A stretch of DNA of 62,904 nucleotides, filler included, from Choristocarpus tenellus KU-1152 (lineage: Eukaryota > Protista > Phaeophyceae), in NCBI GenBank assembly GCA_964200185.2. It is 13 parts of 13 records of this genome, joined end to end, with 100 filler letters (N's around TTAATTAATTAA, not from the genome) between each part and the next. Parts side by side here need not be neighbours in the genome. Positions count along the whole stretch, not along the records: positions 27,072 to 40,767 come from CAXNAD020001406.1; positions 40,868 to 43,647 come from CAXNAD020024816.1; positions 43,748 to 49,055 come from CAXNAD020011201.1; positions 49,156 to 54,202 come from CAXNAD020012052.1; 9 more parts are not named here. One strand, given 5' to 3'. Both the position numbers and the translations under genes were made by a program. Under the pieces are notes generated by a model that ran no database searches, had not been told where the DNA came from, and was given only the letters and a program-made list of their open reading frames with translations. Each line of letters opens with the position of its first letter. Positions within the stretch are counted from its first letter, which is position 1. This document shows, piece after piece, positions 40,018 to 51,971 of this stretch.

Positions 40018-40277
40018 GAGTCAAAGTAAGCGAGAGGTACCCAGGTTTTTTCTGTTTTGCAGTTAAATTCAGTTTTTCAATCTTACGCAATTTGCCCATC
40101 TTTTCTATGGATGAAGCGCTAAGTTTGACTTGAGAGGACTTATTTCTCAATTCTCCGAGACTTTTCGACAGAGTTAAGAAAAGATCCTACACTCATTTCT
40201 AAAAAGAGCCGAATTTGGGACGAGTTTATCAGCATCCGTAAAATGCAACACTGGGTACGCCTCGCTTACTTTGACTC
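40018..40277 (-). mobile_element. MITE family C copy
   Basis: Near-perfect TIRs GAGTCAAAGTAAGCGAGAGGTACCCAG / CTGGGTACGCCTCGCTTACTTTGACTC. Confidence 0.9.
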
Positions 40278-40877
40278 ACCTGTGTATTATAAAAGTATTG
40301 TCCACATAGTACCTTGAAACTTCTGGTGCGAAGACACACGTGTTTGCCTACTATCCTTTGAGGACTGGCAGCGTCTGAAAGTGGGTGAAATGTTCTCCAA
40401 CACTTCATTGGCATCTTGACTTTCGTTTTCACCCAGAATCACACTTAGTACATGTAGATTTCCTGCTCAGCATTTGAAGAGCTCTCTCCAGTACAAGCCT
40501 TAAGGAAGTAGACGACTTACTCCGTAATTGCTAGAACTTTAGTGCACCAACAGGTATCAAAGGGTATCAATGTACCAACCATTGAAGGATAACAACAGGA
40601 GTTGTGTGAATCATTGATTGACTAAGAAGTCTCGCCTTAGGAAATGCAACGATAGGAACATCTGAGTAGATCCTTATAAAAAAATTCTTTGCACCTGTTA
40701 AAGAAACTGGTGTTCCCAAGACTTGTGTGTGTAAATAACTCGATTATTTCCTCATTATGTAGAACAGNNNNNNNNNNNNNNNNNNNNNNNNNNNNNNNNN
40801 NNNNNNNNNNNTTAATTAATTAANNNNNNNNNNNNNNNNNNNNNNNNNNNNNNNNNNNNNNNNNNNNTTATTAGTTT

Positions 40878-40911
<34 letters not shown>

Positions 40912-43249
40912 GGGGGGGGGTGGGGGGGGGGGGGGATAAAGATTGAGTTGTGCCAGCGAGAAAATGAAATAAGTTCCTAGTCCGTAAAATATGACTGTTG
41001 CAGGCAGCATCATGGGGGGATTGTTTACGAGTCCCCTGAGTGATGTGCATCAGCAAAATGGTTTCTTTATTTATTCAGAGGAATAAAAATAAGTTGGAGG
41101 AATCGCCATTGAGATACCACCACACAAGAACTAGTTTTCTAGGAGAAAAAAACCATATATATATATATACATATACATATACATATATGTGTGTGTATGT
41201 GTGTGTGCGCGCGCTACATGGTTTATTTTCTACTTTTGTTATTCTAGTGACAGTTCAATCACCTTTCTCTTCGGTTTGAGTTTGACTATTCAGTTGGGGT
41301 TTTTTTCTGTGTTATCGCAAGTTCCAAGCAGAAGTGTAGCACTATTGAGAGCATCAGACGTCGCAGATCCACGTGTCCGTTGCATGGTGCGACACTACCC
41401 ACGAGCAACTCTTTACACACTCCACTGTGCACGGGTTAGGACCTGCCTGCCGAGACCTGTGAAGGCGTTGTTGTTTCTGATCGCGGTGCTACATGTCACT
41501 GAATGACCTACGTGCTTTTCCCGTGCATCACCTGACGGCATTGCCTGGCAAGGTGACAGACGGTTCAAAAATTCGATTGATCCATCTTTTTTTTTCTCTC
41601 TGGTTGATTTAGAATTGTTATTGTAAGCTTTTTTTTGTGTTCGCACGACAGTAGATTTTTTGTATTTTTTATGGTGTAACTGAAAAATACATACTCAGTA
41701 GAGTAAGAGCGGTGCTGTATTTACTGCGCCTTCTCTTTCCGTACTTTTGACACGGGTTGAAATAGTGTTGGACGCTTCTTGGAAGGCGATTTTATTTGGT
41801 GCTGTTTTTTGTTGTCATGCCTGGGGAGGTGTTTTTGATTTTTTCTTGTCTGAAGTTGAGATATTTTCTCCCAGTACATGGCGTATCGGGCTGACAAGTA
41901 CTGATGATTGCTACAAGCTATTGAGAAACGAGGGCTATAAATATGTGCTTTTTGAGTGATCCTTTCATCTGGAGGTTTAGTTCATATTCATAGGGCTTCG
42001 AAATATTTTGAAGAGTTATTCAAGGTAGTATTTGTAGTGTAATATTTACATACATACATGCACATGCATGCGTGCATACGATAATATTTCAGAGTAGTCC
42101 TTACACAACTTTACTGTGATGTACAGTGGGGGTGATGATATATGTTTTGAAACTGTGAATTGTAGAGACTAAATCATGAATGAAACAAAAAAACTGAAAA
42201 TCAAAAGGTCCGTGTTTGATTGGTTACTTCTTCCACTTACGTGCGCTGGTCTGCTCACAGAACCCGGTGACGCTCAGTACTTAACACACAATTGGACCAA
42301 AATCAAGGAAATTAGTAAGGCAACAATACTGGCATTGCTGCTTTGAGGACAATTGGCAACTCTTACGTCGTTCTTGAAGTGGGATGGGGGGAGGTATAGA
42401 GGGAAGGAGGAAGTGAACAGGACGCAAGGGAGTCAGTGTGCTACAGTCACATACCTAACAAAAAAAAAGTAAAAAAAGTTGCACTTTTCTAAAAAGGAGA
42501 CACTGCATTAACAGTCCTTACTATTGCTATTACTACAATTACTGTTACTACTACCATGGCCCCGCTGTCAACAAGGGAACCTCTATCCGTTTACAGGATT
42601 CCCCGCTTCACCTATGAAATTATTTGTTTTTTTGTTGTTATTGCCTGCTTTGGTTGCGTGGATTATCATCTTTACCGTTGGCGATGTCCATGTTGTGTTC
42701 ACAATGTCAGCTACTCTCGATGGCACAGAATTCACAGTTTGCTTGGATGCACTCTACAAATCCAGGAGAGATGAAATACATGCCGAGGTTGAATGAATGC
42801 AACGTTGTTGTTTGTGCATACATACACCACTGCGAGATTTTAACAGGTTTCTCCTGCGTGAACCGGTAAGCGTGTGTTCTCATTATCTGTTATGTAACGG
42901 GGGAGGTTGGATCAATGCACAGTTTCCAACAGGGTTTATAGATATCAGTCCTTCGGTTTGGAGAGGACTTTCAAGTTGCTTGTGCTGTTTTGAGTGCACT
43001 GTGTCGGATATGGGGTGTTGTCGGAACTATTGCTCTGGATCAATTAGCTGTTTTTGACTGGATTTTGAATACGACCTCGATTGTTACACATTTTTGGTAC
43101 TCGGCTAGATGAGTTGTTGAATTTGACAGCATTGTGGTAGTGGTTTTCAAGAGGCTACTTGGCCAACAGAGTGACATGCTCTGCACCTGACACCTCTGTT
43201 ATATCCATTACAGTATAGTTTGCATTGGGCTTGGAACACTAAAGGGAAT

Positions 43250-43522
43250 GAGTTGAAGTACTCAAGAGTTACGTATCTAGAGTTGCATTTTAAGGGTGCT
43301 GACAAGTCTGTGCAAAATGAGACTTTTTTTTTACAATGTGTGTATGTATGTAGGATATTTTCTGAATCGTGTCCAGAAACTTTGCCAGCAAGAGAGAAGT
43401 ATACTCTAAATTCAAACTTAGAACTTCATCCATAGAAATGTGGGTGAATTGCAAAAGATTGAAAAACAGACTAAGAAATGCAAAACGGGCAAAATATGAG
43501 TACCTCACATCGACTTTGTCTC
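43250..43522 (+). mobile_element. MITE family C diverged copy
   Basis: Internal TTTTAAGGGTGCTGACAA and CATCCATAGAAAT blocks shared with the copies at 34452 and 37500; AAT on both flanks. Confidence 0.8.
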
Positions 43523-43747
43523 AATGCTAGTTCATGGATAGAGCTCCATCTACTATCCATTTTCTGTTGGTGGGGGGGGGGGGGGGGGGGGGCGCCACAT
43601 AAGGTGAAAAAAACCGGGGGACCTAAATAACCTGTTTTTGGGGGGGGNNNNNNNNNNNNNNNNNNNNNNNNNNNNNNNNNNNNNNNNNNNNTTAATTAAT
43701 TAANNNNNNNNNNNNNNNNNNNNNNNNNNNNNNNNNNNNNNNNNNNN

Positions 43748-44574
43748 CACACTACACAATCCATGGTGACGGGAGTTGATTGCTCCGTTCAGAGGCCCCT
43801 GAAACACACCCTTCATGCGGAGACCTGTTGCTTCAGGCTCAAGCATCTTGCCCACATCAGACAGTTCACAACTACCAGGTAAACGACCCACCACGTCAAG
43901 CAGGGCGTCATCAACCTCCTTTTGAAGTTCTAGCATTCTACGCTTTTTGCCGAAGTTTCCCTTGGAACCACTCTTAAGTGACACAGACAGATTCATGCCA
44001 GGGATCAGCGGATTGATGGCCGAGTGTACAGCATCTAGCAGCTGTTCCTCCAGCTCCATGCCATCTTTGTGCTTATCCATCAAGGACGCTAAGTCTTCTT
44101 GGCTGGGCATAGCTCCATACTTAACAAGCAAACAAAACAATGGCAGATCATTGCTCTCTACAGCATAATCTAGGGCAGATTTCTCGTTCCTGTCCTTCAA
44201 ATCCAGGTGACAAGATGCAGCCCGGATGTGGATCACATTGTTAGTTGATGCATAGTTGCCCTGGCAAAAGTGGAGAGAAAGATGAAAATGAGGACAGGGT
44301 GCGCACAAAATAAGATAAATGATATGTATCACTGTTCCATATTTACAAAGTCTGCATTAGTGCTGCAGCTACCCTAACATAGTAAAGTCTTTTCGATGTT
44401 GACAAGGAATCAAATCTACATGCTTTTCCATAAGCTCACATTTCCCACAGTTGGTCGATCCAGCAAAGCCTCGACCATTTCCATCCTTCTCCACAGACTG
44501 CTAGACCAGGACTTCATCACTTGCATCAGCAAACTGTCTCCATCTATATTTTTGCCCATCATCGCCTCACAGGA
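43748..44574 (-). CDS. Ankyrin-repeat-containing protein, internal exons (partial)
   Basis: Exons 44574-44440 and 44260-43748 (phase 0, GT-AG). NIDGDSLLMQV...MVEALLD and DLKDRNEKSALDYAVESNDLPLFCLLVKYGA are ankyrin-like repeats. Confidence 0.75.
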
Positions 44575-47536
44575 CTGGGAAAGGAAACGTTGATTGCACA
44601 AAACATTGGAGTGACATCAAGGTTGAGGACGTAGAACAGGTTACAAGGGAAGCACATCCTATTGGTTAGATGTGAAACAGACCTTGCTCTTAGTGTAAAT
44701 TACGCTCTTAATGCTATGCCCACTACCCCATGTGTCATATTAGTATTATTACCAACACTTCTATCACATATCACCAATACCTCCAAGGGTATGGAGTTAA
44801 CCGTATGTCGTAGAAGTTGGAGGATCATAGTTTCCATATATGGTGATATAAAGTAACCAACAACAAAAACTCAACATACACAGTGTATTGTTTCTATTCC
44901 TGATTGCAAGAGGTTCAATTGACTACGCATTCCTCTTAGCTGTGTTTGAAACACTCTTGATAAGATATTATGTTGTCAATTTTTAGACATAAAAAAGTAC
45001 GAAACAAAATAATAATTGACAAATAAAAAATTGTAACTACGCTACATCTAATACAACACATAATCTATCTCAGTCATCCATGAACACCCTACACCTGTAC
45101 TTTCTTTATCGTGACTAAGGTAATAAGTAACAGTCCTGCCGACACTAAGTCGTCAAGGTGAATCATCTTGGAGTTCCAGTTGCAGAACCTGGGGTTTTCA
45201 AATGCAGACAAATCTTGCTACAAGGTGCACCTGGAAGTCCACTGTTCATGTTAAACCCTTCCAGCAAAATCATATTAGTCTTGAAAGCAATCCATCATAT
45301 GAAGTACAGATTGACCATTCCACACCATAATATTATCTTGTGATTTGTCCTAGAATATTGAAAGAGCAAGCACTATTACCAAAATATATTGCAGAGAGAT
45401 GAATACTAAAAAAGCACACCATTTATAGCACATCTCTAGACACCTCTCCTTATTCATAGTGTGAGGACAGCGAGCACCATGCTGTCTTAAGGCATACACA
45501 TAGTCCACTGCACTCCTAAATGAGGTCTTTACTCTGACCATTAGTGTTTTTCTCTACCATAGTAGTAAGGTTGAGAAGCAGGAATTATAGGCATTCCCTA
45601 ATCACACCCATATTGAACATTTGCTGTATCCACCACCAATGGAATATGAGAAACAAAACAAACATTGAACAAAATATTGCAACAAGAACTACTCAAGACT
45701 GACGAGATATTGTATCATATTGTAACACTGTTGTGCTTCTGTACTGTAGAGTTCTACTAATGAACATACTGATCTTACCGTGGGATGGTTATAAGACAAC
45801 TGAAGTCGCATCTGCATCCACATCAATTACTGCTATACGCAAGTAGTATCAAATAAATTTGCCAATCATTCCATACACAAACCACACTAGTGATGATGTT
45901 TGCAAGAGGGCCGTAAGTGAACTTTGTTGAATGCACATGAACCTCATTCTTCTCTAATTCTTCCTCAGCTGCAACCATATTCAATTGTCCCTCACTCCAA
46001 ACCAAATGGTCCTAGTAGATGGACCAGTCCTCAATGATGATTTCAAGTGGTTCAAACAACTCTTCAGCACATGTTGCATTGTCCTCATTGACAATATCCC
46101 CATCACAATCCTTGAAGCCATCACACCCCACATCCATCTACTGCACTTGGAGTCAACAGTGGTTACCTCCTGGAAGACCTGCTTTCGCTGGCCACTTTTA
46201 AAGTGGTACATAGGTTAAGACAGGGTCTGGAGGTCTTGAGGGTTTGGCAATCATGAGATAGAGGAGAACAAGGGTATGTAACTAATCTCTTCTTTGTGCT
46301 TCAAACCACAGCTTTGTGAAGCCATGGTTCAAGGTATGTAGCATACTTAATGTTGTATCACAGGATCATTATTTAACAATAACATGCAATGTTTGATACT
46401 GAGAGCATGCGATGGGTACATGATCGCCCGAAATTTCATCCTGAAAATTGCATTCTCGACTCATTTTCTCCTATGCAAAATTCATGCCAAGACACAAATT
46501 GCATGCATACAAGTTATCTGGGATGCTACTAATACAGAGTACATACTACAAGAATATATTCATATCAAACACACATAGCTCATTACAGACTTTTTTTTCT
46601 CGTAGTTCGCATATTGTATGCCTGCTCTGTACTCATATTTTTCAGACACTCAAATACAGCTGGCTGAGCATCCAGTATTCAGATGCACTTGAGACAGTGT
46701 CACCTCTCTAAAGTAGAGAAAAAGATTAGACGAACCACGGTTGATCAATCAACCGTCCTTCCCTTCTCAATAGTTGTTGTCCCTTCTCATATTGTCCATA
46801 TCAGCATACAGAGATCAACAGCAATTGTTGACAAAACAGCAGATAAAAAAATGTTCTCATCCTGCTCATTAGCCTCTTTTATGTTCAACGTTTCCTCAAG
46901 AGGTGCAAGAGAAGTAGACAATTTTCCTTCAAGTCTTGTGCCAATGATATCTGTGAATCTCTCTAGACTCGACCTGTACTTAATGCCTTGATAAGCAGGA
47001 CTTCCATGCTGCAGGGCAATTTTGCTTGTGATGCATGCCGAGAAAATTCCCTCGTTGCATGATGGAGATACTCAAGGTCTGAAGGGATTTGCTTCAAGTT
47101 GAACAGGAAACTATACACCTCTACCATAAGAAATAGGCCAACAGTTAACAGGATATACCCTACCCTTAACAAACCTTTGACAAACTCATAAAATGATCAC
47201 TCCAATTTAGCACATTACATTCACTGTAGCTGGCACATCTTCTACACTATCGACCAGTTCTAAACATCATTAGTATGTAACTGCAGGTTGTTGCAAAGAT
47301 ATTACCACCTCCCATAATAACTACTTGAAGTTTCTGCAGCTGCTTGATGTCTGTGCCACGCATGGGCATTACTGTGGAGCAGTAGTGCAAACCTTTGAAA
47401 AAATGAAAGGAATATAGCCAACAAGGTGCTCTTGAACACTTTGAAGTAGCAATTTGATAGCAACGACAACAATTAAGACATGAATGTTTCATGGCATAAA
47501 CAATGCCAACCATTCGAAACATCGCATCGTTCTTTT

Positions 47537-47757
47537 GAGCCAAATTATCTTAGAGGGTAGAGCCGTGTCCAGTTGGGGTCAAAATCCAATGTTGCGATTT
47601 TGATGCAATTTTGGCTATCATGTTTGTTAGGAAATGTCATTATCTATGTTTCGGACACACCTCTTCATAACATATACACTTTACCTCCTCCTAAACATTT
47701 TGGACTAGAAAAATGCCATAAAAGAACCAATGGAAAGTCAAGTCCCAAATGGACAAA
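47537..47757 (-). mobile_element. MITE family A copy, truncated at the Gypsy remnant
   Basis: Starts GAGCCAAATTATCTTAGAGGGTAGAGCC; colinear with the 60424 copy up to CCCAAATGGACAAA. Confidence 0.85.
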
Positions 47758-47763
47758 GAGACC

Positions 47764-48240
47764 TCACCATGGATACCTGATATGGCAAAGGATCTGTGGA
47801 CACGCCTAATGTTGTGTGCACACATGGGCGAAGCTGGGCATCGTTGCAGAGCAGCAATGATGCAGCGGCTAAAGAGGTTATGGTTCTATGCAGACAAGGA
47901 GCTGAACATGACTACAGAGATAAAGCCAACATTCCAGTACATGCAGAACCAGGGGGGATTTGAAATGTCTGATATTCTGGCAGTGCGAACCAACCGATTT
48001 GAGGCCGTCAGCATCGGTGGCCTATCTGACAAACTGCTATAAAAAAAAATGCGCCGGGTAAAATGATGAATACCAGGTTTTGGTGGATTGGTTGGGGTTA
48101 AGTGAGGACGAGAGGACATGGGAGCCACTCTCTTCCATTTTAGAGGATGTCCCTGTCTTTCTATGTAAACAGTTGAAGAAACTGAAGTTGCATGCTCAAG
48201 TGCGCAATGTGATTAGGGGGCAGTACAAGATTGACATTTG
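47764..48240 (+). mobile_element. Gypsy-type integrase remnant with C-terminal chromodomain (catalytic core deleted)
   Basis: WIPDMAKDLWTRLMLCAHMGEAGHR resembles the His half of the integrase zinc-binding domain; EYQVLVDWLGLSEDERTWEPLSSILED (48062-48240) is a chromodomain signature. Confidence 0.75.
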
Positions 48241-48436
48241 AGTTGGATATTGTATGCTGTTCTTTGTCGAGCTGGCACTTTTGCTACTGTTGCCTGTGGT
48301 TGAACTATCTACCACCCCTTGCATCAATCCCCAATATCTCGAGCACCAGAAGAACGATCGACGGCAAGAGGCAGCCCAGGGAAAAAAAACAACCCTCACC
48401 TCGCCCAAACTGTCCCTCCCTACACAATCTTTATAA

Positions 48437-48494
48437 TACAGCTATACAGCCATACAGTCATACAGCCATGCAGCCATACAGCCATACAGCCATA
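48437..48494. repeat. 8-bp tandem repeat (TACAGCCA) about 7 copies
   Basis: Directly visible, with single-base variants. Confidence 0.9.
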
Positions 48495-48504
48495 GAATGA
48501 TCGG

Positions 48505-49016
48505 TAATGATCCTTTTGCAGGTTCATTGACGGAAACCTTGTTACGACTTCACCTTCCTCTAAATATTGAACTTGATATAACTTCCCACGGGGTGGCAGC
48601 CGTGAAGCCCCCGCAAAACGGACCGGAATCTTCACCAAAACATTCAATCAGTAGGTGCAATGGGCGGTGTGTACAAAGGGCAGGAACGTAATCAATGCCA
48701 GCTGATGACTCGCGTGTACTAGGAATTTCTCGTTCAAGATCAATCATTGCAATGATCTATCCTATCACGATGCACGTTCAACAGATTACCTGGGCCTCTC
48801 GACCAAGGTCAAACGAAACTCGTTGCATGCATCAGTGTAGCCTGTGTGCGGCGCAGGACATCTAAGGGCATCACAGGCCTGTTGTTACCCCAACGTCCTT
48901 CGGTTAGTCACCGAAAGCCTCTCTAAGAAGTGGGCACCTAGTACGTGCAAGCGTACGTCCCCCTATTTAGCAGGCGGGGGTCTCGGTTGTTAACGGAATT
49001 AACAAGACAAATCACT
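48505..49016 (-). rRNA. 18S (SSU) rRNA 3' fragment, degenerate dispersed pseudogene, brown-algal/stramenopile type
   Basis: On + strand it reads as the reverse complement of conserved SSU blocks: TAATGATCC..GCAGGTTCA..ACGGAAACCTTGTTACGACTT, GGGCGGTGTGTACAAAGGGCAG, GACATCTAAGGGCATCACAG, GTTAACGGAATTAAC. Substitutions fall in universally conserved positions; interrupted by a MITE at 49017. Confidence 0.95.
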
Positions 49017-49055
49017 GACCCAAAGTATCTTAGAGGGTAGGGCCGCGTCCATTTT
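49017..49055 (-). mobile_element. MITE family A terminus inserted in the 18S pseudogene
   Basis: GACCCAAAGTATCTTAGAGGGTAGGGCCGCGTCCATTT directly after the 18S sequence ...AAATCACT. Confidence 0.85.
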
Positions 49056-49185
49056 NNNNNNNNNNNNNNNNNNNNNNNNNNNNNNNNNNNNNNNNNNNNT
49101 TAATTAATTAANNNNNNNNNNNNNNNNNNNNNNNNNNNNNNNNNNNNNNNNNNNNATTCTGTTTTTTTGTGATATGTTGTTTGTT

Positions 49186-49362
49186 TGGTGGGGGGGGGGG
49201 CGACGACCGGGTTCTACACCAGGGTGTCCATTTGGGTCAAAATCAGGAAAAGTGCATTTACATTATCCATCGGATGTATGCAACCAAATCACACAAAACT
49301 CGCGACATGAAAAAATTGACCCCAAATGGACAGTCGCCACCCCCTCTCGTATACTTTGAGCC
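49186..49362 (+). mobile_element. MITE family B copy (left end lost in poly-G/linker)
   Basis: GGTGTCCATTTGGGTCAAAATC ... GACCCCAAATGGACAG ... TACTTTGAGCC. Confidence 0.85.
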
Positions 49363-50191
49363 TATCATCAATATCATTGTATAAAAAAGAACTGGTCTAC
49401 GATATCTTATCACAGTCGGGGACCATAATGACTAAATAATAAATAAATAGTAAGGAAGTACAAATATATCAAATCTAGAACTCCAATGTCATAATGGTGT
49501 TTATGAAACCGCCATCAAGACATATCGCCTGTAATACTTTGTGGCAAGGACAATGGTGAGGTAAACCTGAACCTGTTTAATCTTGAGTAGATATTGGATA
49601 AAATGCATCATGGTGATGTGCTGTAATGGTGGGGCTCAAGGCTCAAGGCTCAAGGCTCAAGGTTGAATGGCATAAGCTGATAAAACAGATGTCAAGAAAT
49701 GTAGATATCAGAGAGTGCTCAGTCAGATCTATGCTTTTGTGGTATAGGAGGGATGCATCACCTTGTCATTTGGTAAGCGGTAATGGGCTTGAGATCGTCG
49801 TCGTGTGTTCCGAAATATTGGCAACGTTCCAATGAGGTTTGTCGTCTGAAACCCCTTAACTACAGGGGTAATCAATTCTGTTCAATTGACAGCTTGAACA
49901 CATTAACCAGCCGATGGAAATGTGTCGATTTCATACACAGGTTGACTTGCTTATGAACAAAGAACACAAAATACGACACCAGGGAGAGGGGCAATGAGGG
50001 GCGTGTCAGATTCTTGGGATGCTTCCCTAGGTCCTCGCCCTGTGGTGTAGGGCTGAGCTAGGTTCAAACATAGCAGATTAGTAGTGTAGTATAGCTGGTA
50101 GTCAAATAGTAAATAGATTATAGAGAGATATCTCTCACATTTACGACAACTGTTACTTTTACAGGTGTTCCTATGATATTGAATTGACTTT

Positions 50192-50260
50192 GGGTCAAAG
50201 TATCTGGGAGGGGGGGTTGAGCGTCCATTTGGGGCCTTTCCCCTGACACATCTCCAAAAC
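50192..50260. mobile_element. MITE-like terminus (variant)
   Basis: GGGTCAAAGTATCTGGGAGGGGG...GCGTCCATTTGGGG. Confidence 0.6.
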
Positions 50261-50724
50261 GTCGGAGGGCATAAGAATATAAATACCACAATCAGTCTGA
50301 AATATGCAAATAACAACAAAAAAAGATTAACCCAAAGCATTCTAAAAATACCAATATACCACGACCTCCATACAATACACACCCTCCTGTTCTCTGTCCC
50401 TGAACCACAAAAAGAAAGGGGAAAACCTAAATTGTGGTGGTGAGGTGTCGCTGTGGCCAGATGAGCACTGCACAAGATTTGAGGAGATAGGCAGAACCCT
50501 AACGCACAAAGCAGAAGCAAGATATGGTCAGTGCTGTGAAAGTAGTCTTTGTGCAACAAACAATTCGCAGTAAATGAAAAGTAGTGCAGTGTAAGTGCAT
50601 ATGACCTCAGGTTTGAGATGTGTAGGGTTGAGGTTGTGGTTCCATATCCCAGACTGAGGGGAGTCTATGATGTTTGTTGCTATCACCAGACAAGAAGTGG
50701 TGGATATTTGTAACTATCGTCAGA

Positions 50725-50765
50725 GGCTCAAAGTATCTGGGGGGGGGGGGTGGTGGCTGTCCATT
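50725..50765 (-). mobile_element. MITE family B terminal fragment
   Basis: GGCTCAAAGTATCTGGGG...GGTGGCTGTCCATT. Confidence 0.7.
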
Positions 50766-51971
50766 CCTTCTCAAATCCATTAATGTGCAAGGTGTACCTG
50801 ATATCGACCACCTCTGAGAAATGTTTTATCTTTACTTTAGTTCGGGGACTATCTCGACCAGTGGTGAGAGGCAGTATATGCACTAAACTAATATTATTCT
50901 TATACTAACGACTGCTCATATAACTGCTGTACTACAACGAATTACACTTCCTTCGTTCTTCCCTTTTCTTGGCTTCATATCCGTTTAGCACTCTCACCTG
51001 TCCTAGTTCTGCCTCCTATCTCGAATCTTGTCTCGGATCCGCTTCAATCTTATCTTGATCTTGGTCAAGCGTTTTTGTGGCATACTATACGTCATAACAG
51101 ACGGGACAGTATGCACAAGAACATCGTATGATTCGCTGTGGTTACTACATGGCTTTGGATAATCAAAGACAGATTTATTTCAGCGCGGATGAGGTCTGAA
51201 CCCTCGAAATCTAGGCAGGGATCAGTTCCTAAACCACTGAACCATGAGAAGGCCTCACCAGGATTCATACACGATCAATATTTGTTACAGAAGTGGCAAC
51301 TTGGTTCAGTATTCCCACCTCTCATTGCTCCATCTCCTCCCTCGAATCTTCTACTGGACCCACCCTGAAGTTTCTACTTTGATCTTGGTCCATCATTTGT
51401 GGTTTTCGCCGCAGACACAGAATACTATGCTGGAGTGCCATAATTGAAACCAGGTTTCCGCTAAAATAAGTCTGGTGCAGAAAGGTTTAAAACAACCCTC
51501 TAAATTAGTAAGGTGATCAGATAACAACACTCAACCCATCCACAAATATAGAAAGTGTAACTTACAACGTATAAGTACGTACTTGAAGAGGAAGTAATAA
51601 GAACTTTTGATGGTGAACATAAGGTTAGGGTATTTCGCGAGCAGATTTTTTTGCAGGAACGTGAGGATGGGATTCCTAACCTACCATTATTACTTTGAAT
51701 ACATTGAAGAGATCGAACACTGGAAGTTTTGTCGGCCCCTAACATTTCCTGGGGGCCAGGTCCTCTTCCAACACTATCTAATTGGCGTTTGGGGAGGCGC
51801 CTTGGTGGGCGGTCTCTCCTTGGATCGTATCGCAAGGGTGGTGTCTAGAGTCTTCAGTAATAAAGATTTCTGCGGCTTTGCTCCTGTTTTATCATTATCT
51901 TCTGAAGCACTACAGTAGGACAGGGACACACGTTGCTACATCGCCAATCGTGACTTCAATTCAAAGTTCTC

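Noticed and set aside
45093-47130. Minus-strand multi-exon pseudogene upstream of the ankyrin exons
   Set aside because: Some peptides look protein-like, but stop density (3 in about 80 codons in the segment checked) is near random and no motif was recognised.
48505-49016. Functional rDNA operon or contaminant 18S
   Set aside because: No 5.8S/28S follows, conserved positions are mutated and a host MITE is inserted in it.
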